This document shows, piece by piece, positions 52,671 through 64,000 of a stretch of 64,000 nucleotides of DNA. Source of the DNA: Phoronis australis (taxonomy: Eukaryota > Animalia > Phoronida). Made by a program: the position numbers and the translations under genes. The DNA lies in assembly GCA_002633005.1 (NCBI GenBank), contig NMRA01000714.1, positions 56,708-120,707 of the forward strand. Direction: 5' to 3'. Numbering within the stretch: the first letter of the stretch is position 1; each line of letters opens with the position of its first letter. The notes under the pieces are model-generated. The model saw only the letters and a list, made by a program, of their open reading frames with translations. It did no database searches and had not been told where the DNA came from.

Positions 52671-55600
52671 GGGGCTATTCGGAAAATTTACATTAACTAG
52701 AGGGCGCGCGTGTACTAGTGGTGACAGATAAGCAGCCTCGATTTCGCGAACCCTTTAAATACATCGTGAAAGGGCTTACAACCGTACCAACTGAACCTGA
52801 GATTGCGTGAAAAGGGTGCTTCTATGAGAGAAAGTAAGCACGACCTCATACAAAGGTAAGGTTTGTGATTATTTTAACGATTATTCCATGTTTATTCTAC
52901 TGTTGCCTGTTAACTGAGGTACTCGCCGATGTCGACTTCGTGGCAGTCGCCAATCGGGTTAATCTTTGTTTTGATATGTGTTACGATACTTGACGTAACA
53001 CTAGCGATCTTTTTGTTCATCAAAGCAGTATTATTGTTTGGAATGATTTATAACAGGTTCATCAGTGACAGTTACATCAATCAATGCTAGATTTTATGCT
53101 GTCAACTCGATATTGGTTAGTGAGTTAAGATTACAATCCAAGCCCAATGGCAATGGGTACGGGACAAATATCCATTAGACTAGTTGTTTACTCCCTATCC
53201 TAGGTCTTCCGGAAATCTATTTCACGTTGAAATGGAAATCTATCATGTCTGTTTTCACGTGACGTTTGTTTTTAGGTTTGAGGGCTTGTACCGTGCAGAG
53301 GAGATATGCATCGCTTCTGTACCGTCCCTGATTGAACAAAAATTGGTTTTAAGCATTTGACTGCAGCTAACCAGCAAGATCTTCCCGTCCAGTGCAGATC
53401 TGTTGTCAAAGCCTACTTTCTATATCGGAGACAACGAACAAAGTCTTTGAAAACGGAATAGCTATTTTTAAAGAAAGGTATGTATGGCGTTTGGTTAACT
53501 TACTTATTCAGGTCCTTAGCGGGGGATTGGCATAGGAGGTTGCGGGGGCGGATCCAGGATTTGAGTTTGGGGGGCAGGGCACAGGAATAACCAGAATTTC
53601 GGCATATGTGCGCGCCTAGCCTAAAATGTAGGGATGCAAGGGTCACGATTTTTTGGGTTTGTATTGGTGCAACTGAATGTGTGGAAAGAACAGGTAATAC
53701 ATGTGTGGGGGAAAGAGCATGGTGAGGTAATTCTTAACCTTCATGAAGTTCCTTAAAGTTTATTTCATGAAATTGTTTTGCTATAAATTGTAAACTCTTA
53801 AAAATATATTTCATGAGTTCTCAGTGACTGAACAGTCTTAACCCATGCCTTGAAATGTTGCGAGTCATTTATAAATTCAAAAGACTGCCATTCTTGTGAA
53901 AATTGCATTTTTGATGTGGCTTTGCGATTTTTAATTACTCTTAAACAACAGAAAGATTAACCACCATTTTTAATTGACACAAGTCTTCATATCGTCTACT
54001 CCAAAAAAAATAAAAAGTCTGAGAAACGGTTCCCTCAGCCTTAGACTAGAAGTATGCATGACAGACCCACGAATCTGTAATGGGAGTTTAAAATTACTGA
54101 AAGTATCAAAAATATAAAAGGTCTTGAAAATGGGTAACAAAGGTTTGAAGTTGTCTCAAAAACTTACATATTTTGCAGACAATTGATGAGTTTAAGGAAT
54201 TGTTATGGTTACGAATGCAAAATATAGACGCAGTTTTATACAATACTTTTTATATGCACCCTTGCTTTCTAAAAATAGTAATTATTTAATTTTGTGTGAA
54301 GTTGTAGAACAGACACCATACCATATTTTTGAAAAACACCGATAGCAGTTTTGACCCAACCTAGAGTACTTAATTATTCATATTTCAATATTTCTTCCAA
54401 GTTCAGTGACATTTTAAAGTCACTTCAAGGTGCAACATAGATAAGCTTTATTACTCCTTTCTCTTCCTACAGCATTTCCACGCACGGGCAGTGCTGCATG
54501 GCACAACGTAGAAGTCAGTGGCACTGAAAAAATGTGAATCGCAATACTAAGTTACCAAAAGACAATGTGCCTGTGGATTGTTTGTGTATGAAGAGGAACT
54601 GCATCTGACTGCTACAGTAGTCAGCCTCGTTGGTGAGGATGCAATGAGTCATGTGTGGACAATAGCTTATTTCCTTTCCAGGAGGAAACATGAGGGGACG
54701 AAGCTAACGAAGACCTAGTGACGCTCTGGTATAGTTCAGGGTCACATTTTGGGCACAAAATGAGTCAAGTGATATGCTGTTGTATGTACATTCAAGGGTC
54801 AAATTGTGGATTTTATTGCGGATGAATGAAGTTAAGAAAAGCTTTATACTAATGGTAAAAACTTTTCAATTTTGGTACACATTATGGGGTAATGACATCG
54901 ATTGTCTTATTGTCAGTAGATAGCCCGTTAATGTTACACTTTGATGATTGAATAAATTTTTCATCAACGGGCAAGTTTGTCACTAATTATTGATACCACA
55001 ATATTTCTTCAGTTTTAAAGCCCCATACAGTGCAGTGGTGCTTATTCTTTATTAATATGAGATGATTACCGAATACGCTTGCGAATTGTCATTTTCCTGT
55101 TGACCTATAGAAATGTGCAGCAATCAAAATGAAGTATTCCCTTTGTTTGCATTTGATTTGTGTGTGTAATTATTTTTAGAGCTTTCTTAATAAGGTCTTT
55201 GAACAGTTTTAAGTTTTGTGTTAAACTGTCAATGAACAAATTTTCACATGCAAGAAAAGTATGTTTTCAACTGTAGCTAGGTGGATAAGAATCTGCTATG
55301 CACAAGATTCGAGAATAAACAATTATCTGATTGTATTTAAAAACAAAATGGCAAACTGAACAACCACATACATACAAAGAAACAACATTGTTAAAAACAA
55401 GTGTAATTTTCCCAATGCAACAGAGTCCGTAACCAAATTATTTGAATTAGGTCCCATTATCTCAGGTTATTGCTGAAGGATTGCTTTTCACTTATTCCAA
55501 AGGTAAAATAGACGGTCAGGCGGCTGGTTTCAGTCGTTTTCTCTCACCTGTAACAGAACAGTAAGAGAAATATTGACAAATTATAAAAGAAAACACAAGA

Positions 55601-56628
55601 CAAATCTACATTTGTAAGGCAGAACATACTTAACGTTTCATCTCCATGTGTATTTGTAGAAACTAATAATCTTTGTACCCAAGTCTTACTTAAGATCTGC
55701 ATAAAAATATGTGAAACAGGCTAAATGTGACACTTAAAATGTGCTTCTGATCTCAACAAGTAAAATTCATTCTAGGTGTCAATTTTTTTCCAATGCAATT
55801 ATTGAATTAAAATATATGAAACAGACTAAAAGTGATTTAACAATGTGTATTTTTCATGACACCTAAAATGTGCTTCTGATCTCAAGTAAAATTCATTCTA
55901 GGTGTCAATTTTTATTCCAATGTAATGTTATGATTTTTACTGAGCAGCTTATTCATGTTAGTTGGGCAACTAATCTGGTAGTCCTGGGGGTGTGGTCTGC
56001 TATAAAATAAGGAAACTCACTCATCTAGAGAGTTTTATTGGACACAGTTTTGAAGAGAAACGGCTGTGAAAAAGTCACCCTTGACTTCTGAGCGTCACGT
56101 ACCATATATAACTTATATTGGGCGCACTCCCACCCAGGACAATATGTGAATTACGTGCTGCTAGCCTACCCGGCATCCAAGTCCCGGGTGAGTTTCTGGA
56201 AAGAAACACTTAGTTACACACAATAAAACCGTTATTCAGTGGGGTAACAGGTGGGGATAACATCACCGAACGATGTCGATAGAAATTGATTGCTAAAAAC
56301 TTACCAAGTAACGTTATGTAGTCTCCCAGTGGAAATTATTTGAGCACACGGGGGCTTCGGCATCCACATATTTTTTTGTCAGTTGGTTGACCTTTTAGAC
56401 CGGAATTCTCCACGAATGTATTAACCTTAGGTCTTTTGGGAATTTCTGATCACCTATTGAAGACTTGCACCAGGGAAAAAAACAATAATAAGGCTTAGCG
56501 CGACGACGTATTTTGATACCTATTCCGTCTTTTTACCACCTGTTTACAGGAAGACAGCGACGCATGCGCAATACAATCACCAACTAGTACAGCAGCGACG
56601 CCGCGAGGAGAATTCTCCAAATAGCCCC
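52671..56628 (+). mobile_element. ISL2EU-like element (~4 kb) with decayed intron-containing SAP/SWIM?/YqaJ gene
   Basis: AT|GGGGCTATT...AATAGCCCC|AT; exon remnants LNLRLREKGASMRESKHDLIQR|gtaag and DLPVQCRSVVKAYFLYRR; YqaJ-like GLFV region at ~54560-54640. Confidence 0.8.
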
Positions 56629-57881
56629 ATTGACACGGAGCAACAAGTTTGAGCACAAATTGCTCTACCTCACAAACGGGTGGCAAAAGTTGTCACCGCG
56701 GTGCCACTTTGCTCCGTGTCAGTCCCGTTTACACACAGGAACATTTCTTTCCGTGTCAGTTGATCCGTGTCAACTTTTGTAGAGTAAATGGCACTATTGT
56801 TTCAGTGGCGTTAGCTTGCAATCACTTCATGAAGTCATTCAATCATAATCATAGTTGCACTGGCGCTGACTTGCAATCACTTTATGAAGTCATTCAATAA
56901 TAATCTCAACATTGCATTTTCGCGCCTTGTAATCTTGACAAGCGTGACGTGAGACACACAAACGCACCCAGTTAAGACATGCCCATGTTCAAAGGACTGA
57001 GGCACATGCAGGCGCATGCGCTCATACCCAAAACACACGGGCATTAACCATTAAGCCAGATTGAGGTCGCAAAAATACATCTTGGTACCTTGAACAAAAT
57101 AGGAAAATCGCCTAGCTGCCACGCGTTCAAATAGTAAATCTATTGAGTTCAAAAGTTTATGTTTGCTATTGGCGAATAAAATCCATGAGTATAGATCGAA
57201 CGAAAGGGCATTTCGAGAGAAAACGAACTCAGTCGCCTGTCAAACAAAATAAACGGTTTGTCTACATATGATGAGTTTTGCGTGCAAAATTCAGGAGAAC
57301 TAGTACAAGATGTACAAATTCTTGATGTAGGTTAAACTCGAGTAGTCGAGCACCTGTTGGTAACAACATTTTTGACAGGTTTCTTTTTAAATTGATTTAA
57401 ATGCAACAGGTGTACATGTAGAATATATTGCGAGGTTTCTATTTGCCATAAATAGGGCGCGAGGGGCTCCGAGTGTGAAAGTGCCTTCATATCGCTGAAC
57501 TGGGCTGTCAAAAACATGTAATAAACTACACGTATTTATCCCAATTTTGAAAAATGAACTCCACAAAACTCATCGCACAAAATGAAAATTTTCTTTTACT
57601 AATGGACTACCGAGATCCCTGATCTCAGACGGCGAATTTGAGTGGAATTTTCTATTCCATGGATTTTTGAAGATTGAAGACTTTTTGTGCCCGACTTTTG
57701 TGTAAAAACACTTTGTGAAAAATATGATTAATAACGTATAAGAATTAATGTTATCTCAAACCTTACTAAGTGGCCTCCATTTTAACTGGTATATCAAAAA
57801 ACTAGGCTTTGTCAACTAGTAGAAGTATATTTTTTTAAAGAAAAAGATAAGGATATATAAAAATATGTTTTTATTTATGTC

Positions 57882-57928
57882 ATTATTATTACTATTACTA
57901 TTACCATTACCATTACCATTACCATTAC

Positions 57929-57993
<65 letters not shown>
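57882..57993. repeat. (ATT)n / (ATTACC)n microsatellite
   Basis: Direct reading. Confidence 0.95.
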
Positions 57994-57994
<1 letters not shown>

Positions 57995-59454
57995 GCTAAC
58001 ACCTTTTTAAAGTCTAAATTTCATGTTTAAGAAAGTTACATACATAGCAAAATAACCCCAATATCGGTTTTAATGAAACTTATTTCAATTGAAACTTCAT
58101 CAGTTATCTCAAAAACGCTGTTAGAATTTGCGCGTAGTCATTTCGTTTGACTTCTATGACAAATAAATGCGCAAAACGCAAGGAGGTATTTTTGTAAAAA
58201 ATAGAAGTCATACTCGTCTTTTTACATAAAGCAAAAACTAAGCTTTCGTATCGAAAATTTAACCCTAACATTGTCTTTGAGATTGATGAATAAACATTGA
58301 GTTCGGAAAGTTTCAGGGAAATCCACGAACCCACTTTTGAGAACTCGGGTTCCTAAGTACAAATTAAGTCGATTTGCCGAAGCCGACAAAAGGTCAATTA
58401 CGTGGTGAGACGTAAAAATCTCAGGCCGAGTCAAGGACTTCAGTTAATTATTCGTTGAAAACTTGGTCTGGTCAATAAAACCTATGCAGCCCATAGCCAT
58501 GTTCATTATTTCAACATTCAAGCGCAATATCATCTGAATTTGCAGTGCGTAATTAACTTAGTCGATAAATTTTGAGGCTCATTTTCAACCATTTTTAATA
58601 TGATGGTTATTTAGCTGTACTTGCCCCCAAAAGTACCTTACCATATATCCGTGCTTTCACTTCTGGTGTGCTCAAGTGACAAGTGTTGTTTTTCGTCATA
58701 TTATTTCCACATCAAAATGTTCTCTGGGATCATAACCTGAATATTTACCAGCCGCCGAACACAGTATATCTTTAAATGTTAAAATATAAAAAGAATCCTA
58801 CGTCGACACCCTGAATGGTCGAGATTGGGCCACTCGACCGGTTTGCCTATCACAAAATCCGCGGGTTTAGCTCAGCTTCAGGCTGCTGATGTTATCGTGC
58901 TTCAGATAATCAGGCCCGGCCATTGTAAATACACTGGGGGGCGACAATAGTTTAATTTTTTGTTTTGAAAGTTTGTAAATAGCATATTTAAATAATTCGT
59001 GAAAAGCACACGTGATTAGGTTTTTAAATTTCGAAAATTGGCAAAAATGTGACATTTACAACCTAAAACGTCTGTTTAATGTTGTAATCATATGGTCCTC
59101 ATTAATTCTGCTGGGTGTGCAAGATAATTGGGCCAATTACAAAACCACCAGACAACAGTTGGGTTTTGAGGTAACAGAGTGTCATTGTACAATTTTAGCA
59201 TGAAAAGCGACACCAGCGCCGTATATAAATCCCCGAATCAGTAATGAAAACTGCGACAACCTTCGAATGACTGCGACTGCGACTCGTAAAGTATTCATTC
59301 GTGTAGACCAAGGTTTGATGTGTGCTCCGAAAGTTCTTCAATCGGATGGTGTCTACAAGGGTGATGCGATTATCGTGTGACAATCATATACGAAAATCGG
59401 ACCAAAGAAGATAGAACTTTAGAAAAGGGAGTCGTGTGTTGCTTATTGCCATAC

Positions 59455-59608
59455 CTGACCGTGAAGTTGTGAAGTTGGCACCTGCGAGCGTGCCAAATGT
59501 CGGCCTCGTGGTGACCTTCGAGAAAAATTCGCTCACAACGTCGCGAGTACACAAACTTGTGTTCATATCCAAACGTCGTAAACAGCAATTTGCTTCTAAA
59601 AGTAAAAC
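59455..59608 (-). CDS. CASD1-like gene exon 2
   Basis: FTFRSKLLFTTFGYEHKFVYSRRCERIFLEGHHEADIWHARRCQLHNFTV matches the CASD1 C..L..G....W....C.MH.Y block; phase-2 donor AG|GTATG joins exon 3 to give TVRDAKRC. Confidence 0.85.
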
Positions 59609-59661
59609 CTAAAAACAGATGTGAATTATATTTGAGTCGGAAAGTCAGGGACGTCTGCTAC

Positions 59662-59793
59662 TGGTGAGGGGCTACTTACTACGTCAGGTGCAATGGTGAG
59701 GGGCTACTTACTACGTCAGGTGCAATGGTGAGGGGCTACTTACTACGTCAGGTGCAATGGTGAGGGGCTACTTACTACGTCAGGTGCAATGGT
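59662..59793. repeat. 32-bp perfect tandem repeat, 4 copies
   Basis: TGGTGAGGGGCTACTTACTACGTCAGGTGCAA x4. Confidence 0.95.
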
Positions 59794-61011
59794 CCATCAC
59801 AGGAGGCCTTGGATCGTCTTAAAATTTTTATTTCCGTTGTCGCAAAAGAAACGCAGTTGTTTTTAAGGATGGCAGAAATATGTTGAGCCTCGTCACGGTG
59901 GTTATTTGTGATCGGAAACGGGGCGCTTTTAAACGAAAATCCCTACGCCAGGGTACCTTTTCGTCAGAAGTACAGGACATAAGCAAATCTATTATGTACG
60001 GTATACAAGCAACTTTTGGGGTAAGGTGACGACCGAGGAAATGGAGAACCGTTCTATATCAAACATCACAATGCACCATACCTTTCCAGGAATGAAGTTT
60101 CAAATCTTTTATTACCAGTATCCACCAGTCTCAAAAATTGACCTATCGCCAGGGTTTTGAGTAACGGCTTAATTGACCAATTAGAACGCAGCATTCTTGA
60201 CACACCTTCGTTTCCAAGCCGCCATTTTACCCGACAAACAGCCCGTTACCGGGTAAAACTTATTGTTTATCGACATTTCGCAAGGGGGCGGAGTTTGCGA
60301 TGGGTCAAATTATGAATATTAAGTTTGATGTTTATTTTTAGAACATTCACGGGTCACAAATAAAAAAACGTTGCTGAACAACATGTTTCCCTGTATTACC
60401 CGAAGTTTAGAAGTAAAAAATGCGTGCTTTTTTATACTAAAATCCTTGCATTGGGTCAGAGAGAGTCTACTTTGGATTTGACATTTTCAGGGTGCACTAA
60501 GGCATAATGGGCAGTTCGTAAATTGTTGGAGTATATGTCAGCTACATGTAAGATTGGTGTCTCATTTAGGCCTTGGAGGCCGCGCGGTTTATTCACCGTC
60601 TCCAAAACTCCTCGACACCTCAATTACTAATCTGCTATTGGTCGTAAACTGCCATAAAACAGATTTTTATTCGGCAAAAGATTTGTGTGTACGCACGTGA
60701 GCATATGGTTTTGTGGATTTGAGCAGTGACTCTCTCCACTGCAACGACTGGAACGTGTGTTGAGATGAGTCTGAAACACCGTTTACCGTTCTAGAATAGC
60801 AGTTGCAAAAATCAGATGTTTGTAATAAATTCTATAGAACTACTGTAGGCGTATCCGTAAAGACAGTCGATACCTCAAAATTAGAAACCATGAATTGAAA
60901 CACAAGTCATAGACCCTAAATGTTGTTGCGTTGTTATATCATTAATCGAACTTAACGTACCTCCTCACTTAGATGATTAATTACATTACCAAGATTTTAA
61001 GTAACACTTAC

Positions 61012-61084
61012 CTAAATAGCAGATCAACACAATTACAGTCGCATGAAAGAACCGTCTGGGTAAAGATTGGCAAAGCATTTCCAT
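61012..61084 (-). CDS. CASD1-like gene first coding exon (type II signal anchor); start codon uncertain
   Basis: MEMLCQSLPRRFFHATVIVLICYLG; donor G|GTAAGT phase 1 matches the acceptor at 59609; in-frame upstream ATGs exist to ~61198. Confidence 0.7.
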
Positions 61085-61716
61085 CGCTGTGAAGCCGGGA
61101 TCATTCCAAGATCGTTTCCGTCCACACTTCAACACACCTGCTGCCCTCATGTTTCGCATTATAAAGTGAAATGATTTGAATAAAAACATCAAGTACATGT
61201 GTCTACCAATACATAAACTAAGTTATCTGAGCTTTCATTTTGGACTGTATTATTCGAAACAGTGAAGTTAGCACAACAACGGCAGCTAAACAAAGGCAAT
61301 AAACCCGCGTATATTTCCAGTAGATGTTACAAGTTCACTGATCAGTTGCCGTTCTTTTCCTTTTTGCTATCTCTTTTCAAGAAATAAATCGAGTTCGGTC
61401 GAGGTCGATAAGCGGAATAATGTCTCGCGGGATATTACTTCATGTACGCCGGTACGCCACGCTCGGTACGTTTCGTGTATATACGCCTGTAACCCGCTGG
61501 GCAAACAACAAAAACAAGAGAGACATCTAATGTGCGTGTGAATGCGCTACACACCATGTCACAAGATGTACAAAAACATGTATTCTCTTGTGACACAATT
61601 AAGTATTGACTTCAAACAGGAAAACAATTTGAAAACAATTTCAACTAGTTTTCAGCAAAATGTGAGGTCAACTGAATGCGTAATTCGCAGTGAAATTATT
61701 AGAATATTCCTTATAC

Positions 61717-62291
61717 CAGTGGCGGATCTAGGATATCACAAGGGGGGCAACATTTCGTCTGTAAATATTTTCTCAAACCACGATTGTAGATGAGCATAGC
61801 ACTGAATGGGGGGTGGTCGGGAGGTGGGTTCGCCCCCTTCCCGCCCAGGAAATTTTTCTGTTTTTTCTTCTAAAAATCAAGCATATTCCTCGATTCCCGA
61901 AGTATTATCCAAGAAAAAAAGCAAAAAAAAAAACACGGAGAAAGTGTCAAACAGGCAAAACTGCATGTATCACAGACTTGAACTCACGACATGGCGAATA
62001 GAGCGCGCGTGGTTTACCACTACACCAACACGAATTAACTCCTAAAGTGTTGTTACAAAGAGACCTACTTGATTATGGTCCACAGCGTTTGCGCGCGAAA
62101 CCTCCTTGTTTTTGTAATACTTATTACATGTTTTATATTTTGTGCAATCAGATCATAACAAATTTGTTGTATTTAAAATAGTCTTCAATTGCCCAAAAGA
62201 CCAAATCCGTTTTTTGTGTTGGCAAAAATGACGCGATGTTCTTTGGAAATCGTCTTAAGTTAAGGTTTGACAAAGAGAGAATTATGAGTTT
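61717..62291. mobile_element. Truncated hAT-like MITE with tRNA-like segment (copy of 19600-20160)
   Basis: CAGTGGCGGATCTAGGATATCACAAGGGGGG start and colinear similarity. Confidence 0.8.
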
Positions 62292-62679
62292 CTGAGTGAT
62301 TCACTAAGGCTTCGATTAAAATTGACATCTTAGCAGTAGCTTCTGTTTTTTCATCATCACTCAGATTCCCACTTTCTTTAAAAAATGAAGTAACTTTCTT
62401 CATTGCACAGTGGAGCAGACGACGGAAACGGAGTCGTAGTGCGCCGTGCCACTGCCGGTCGCCTGGGATATCGCGGGACTTGTTTTAGTCGACGATTTTG
62501 ACGTAAATTCGACCTCAGATTTCGTTTGGCGACTTGGGATTTTTGCCTAGTTAAGATAAACTTCGAGCACTTGAGTGTAAGTGTGACGTCACGGCAAATT
62601 CAAATGCGGGATATCAGAAATGGAGCTCTACTGGCAATAAGGACAATGCCATACACTCTTTCAACTATCGAATGGTTAA

Positions 62680-64000
62680 AGGAGCATTCCACCCAAAAAA
62701 CAACCTAATTTGTATCAATTTCGATCGAGTAGTTCTACTCCGTAAGGACACGTACGGTTGCGTTACCTGGCACCTGACGACAGACGGAGTTGTTGAAATT
62801 ATCCAATGACGTCATCGGTTTCACACGCAGTATGTTCAGCAGTTCACAACAAGGGTTACTGGTGTCAGCTTATCGCTTGAATTCATCGTTTAACACCAAT
62901 AAATCATCAAACTTCGATGTAAAACGCTTAAAAATACACCGATTTCGAATAAAAACGTGTTGTTTTATTTCGCTCTTACGGATTTATTGGTATTTGGACA
63001 CACCGTAGCCTACAAAGTTCGGCAGGCCAATAAGGTCCTTAGCAGGAGTTTGGGGTCTGTTCGGAGATAATTTCGAAGTATTTTCCGTGAAATACAGACA
63101 AGAGAACCTAGATCTGTGTTGTTTAGACTTGTGATTTTTTGAGTTCTAAACACAAAACGCTTGTTATCTTGGCCAGTGGCTCGGAGCCCGATCAGGCCCG
63201 TCGCGGTCGGCCGGATTGACTCGTTATCCCGGCCTGTGGCTCGGAAACTGATCAGACAACACGAACATAAACCAACCAAACTTAAGTGGAAACTAATCTT
63301 CCAGTCAAGAAAACACTATACTAGTGAGCCAAAGTAATCTGCACGTGATTATGTTGGTGAATTCTAGCCACGAAACTGCAAATCTACTTACTCGTCGGGG
63401 GCCGCGAATTCAGGTTCCGCTTTGGCCACAGCACCGTCAGGGCAGAAGTTTTACATTGACAATCATTATTCGATTAATGTAAATGTAAATAAAGATTACC
63501 GTAACACCTGGCCGTGGGATGGAAATCGAGTTGTTTCACAACAGTTTCTGCCAACAAACACTAAATTAGCATGAGCTCACACGGCCTCGGTGTCCCGTCA
63601 ATTAGTTTTTTTGCACCTAAAGCCGGTAACGCAGTGATTTATTCATTGCTGGCATCTCAAATCATTTGCACTCACGAACACTCCAAAGGCATTACAAATT
63701 GCATCTAATGAGCCAGACTTTGTTTAAGTTTTATATAAGTATTGGTTAGGGTGAGAATAATTCGTTTTGAAACAGAACGCTCAGTAATTGAACGCCAACA
63801 TGGCAACTCGCAATCCCGACTTAGGACGAGCTAGAGCTCATCAGTCCCGACTTCGAAGGTGGATCGTTAAGTTTTACAGGCTATCAATTCGAACAGGAAT
63901 ACAGTGATGAAGAAATACTACTGAGAGGCGCCGTGAACAAGCTCAGACAACGGAACGTATGGAGTTATTTGGTAAGCCGGCATTCGTCAGGCCACAGGCA
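62680..64000 (-). mobile_element. Kolobok-like THAP family copy E (runs off window end)
   Basis: TTAA|AGGAGCATTCCACCC; highly similar to 17400-18700. Confidence 0.9.

Noticed and set aside
58642-58736. 95-nt minus-strand segment with CAG and GTAAG boundaries
   Set aside because: Inclusion after exon 2 gives an immediate stop and there is no family similarity; a poison exon cannot be supported without RNA data

Overview
AT-rich, intron-containing animal genomic DNA, most likely from a marine invertebrate; it is not prokaryotic and has no CRISPR, rRNA or intact tRNA. Two host genes can be reconstructed with phase-consistent GT-AG splicing. (1) A + strand C2H2 zinc-finger putative repressor (exons 3682-4213 and 9670-12392, ~1084 aa) with three CtBP-type PxDLS-like motifs and a C-terminal HP1-box-like motif. 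(2) A convergent - strand gene (exons from ~61084 down to ~37489) encoding a ~300-325 aa type II membrane SGNH protein. It resembles the luminal catalytic domain of CASD1 (GDS...DGxH) but has no multi-pass acyltransferase domain. The rest is mostly decayed, often nested transposons: THAP-bearing TTAA-flanked Kolobok-like elements (3 families), ~4-kb AT-flanked ISL2EU-like elements with a decayed SAP/YqaJ gene, Harbinger-, hAT-, Sola-, Chapaev- and Tc1-like derivatives, RNase-H LINE remnants, tRNA-derived SINEs and several minisatellites. All family assignments come from motif and terminus recognition by eye; no database search was run. I found no clearly new biological system. The best leads are the stand-alone CASD1-like enzyme, its 36-nt stop-containing micro-intron candidate, the SAP-YqaJ elements and the TACATGTA excess.
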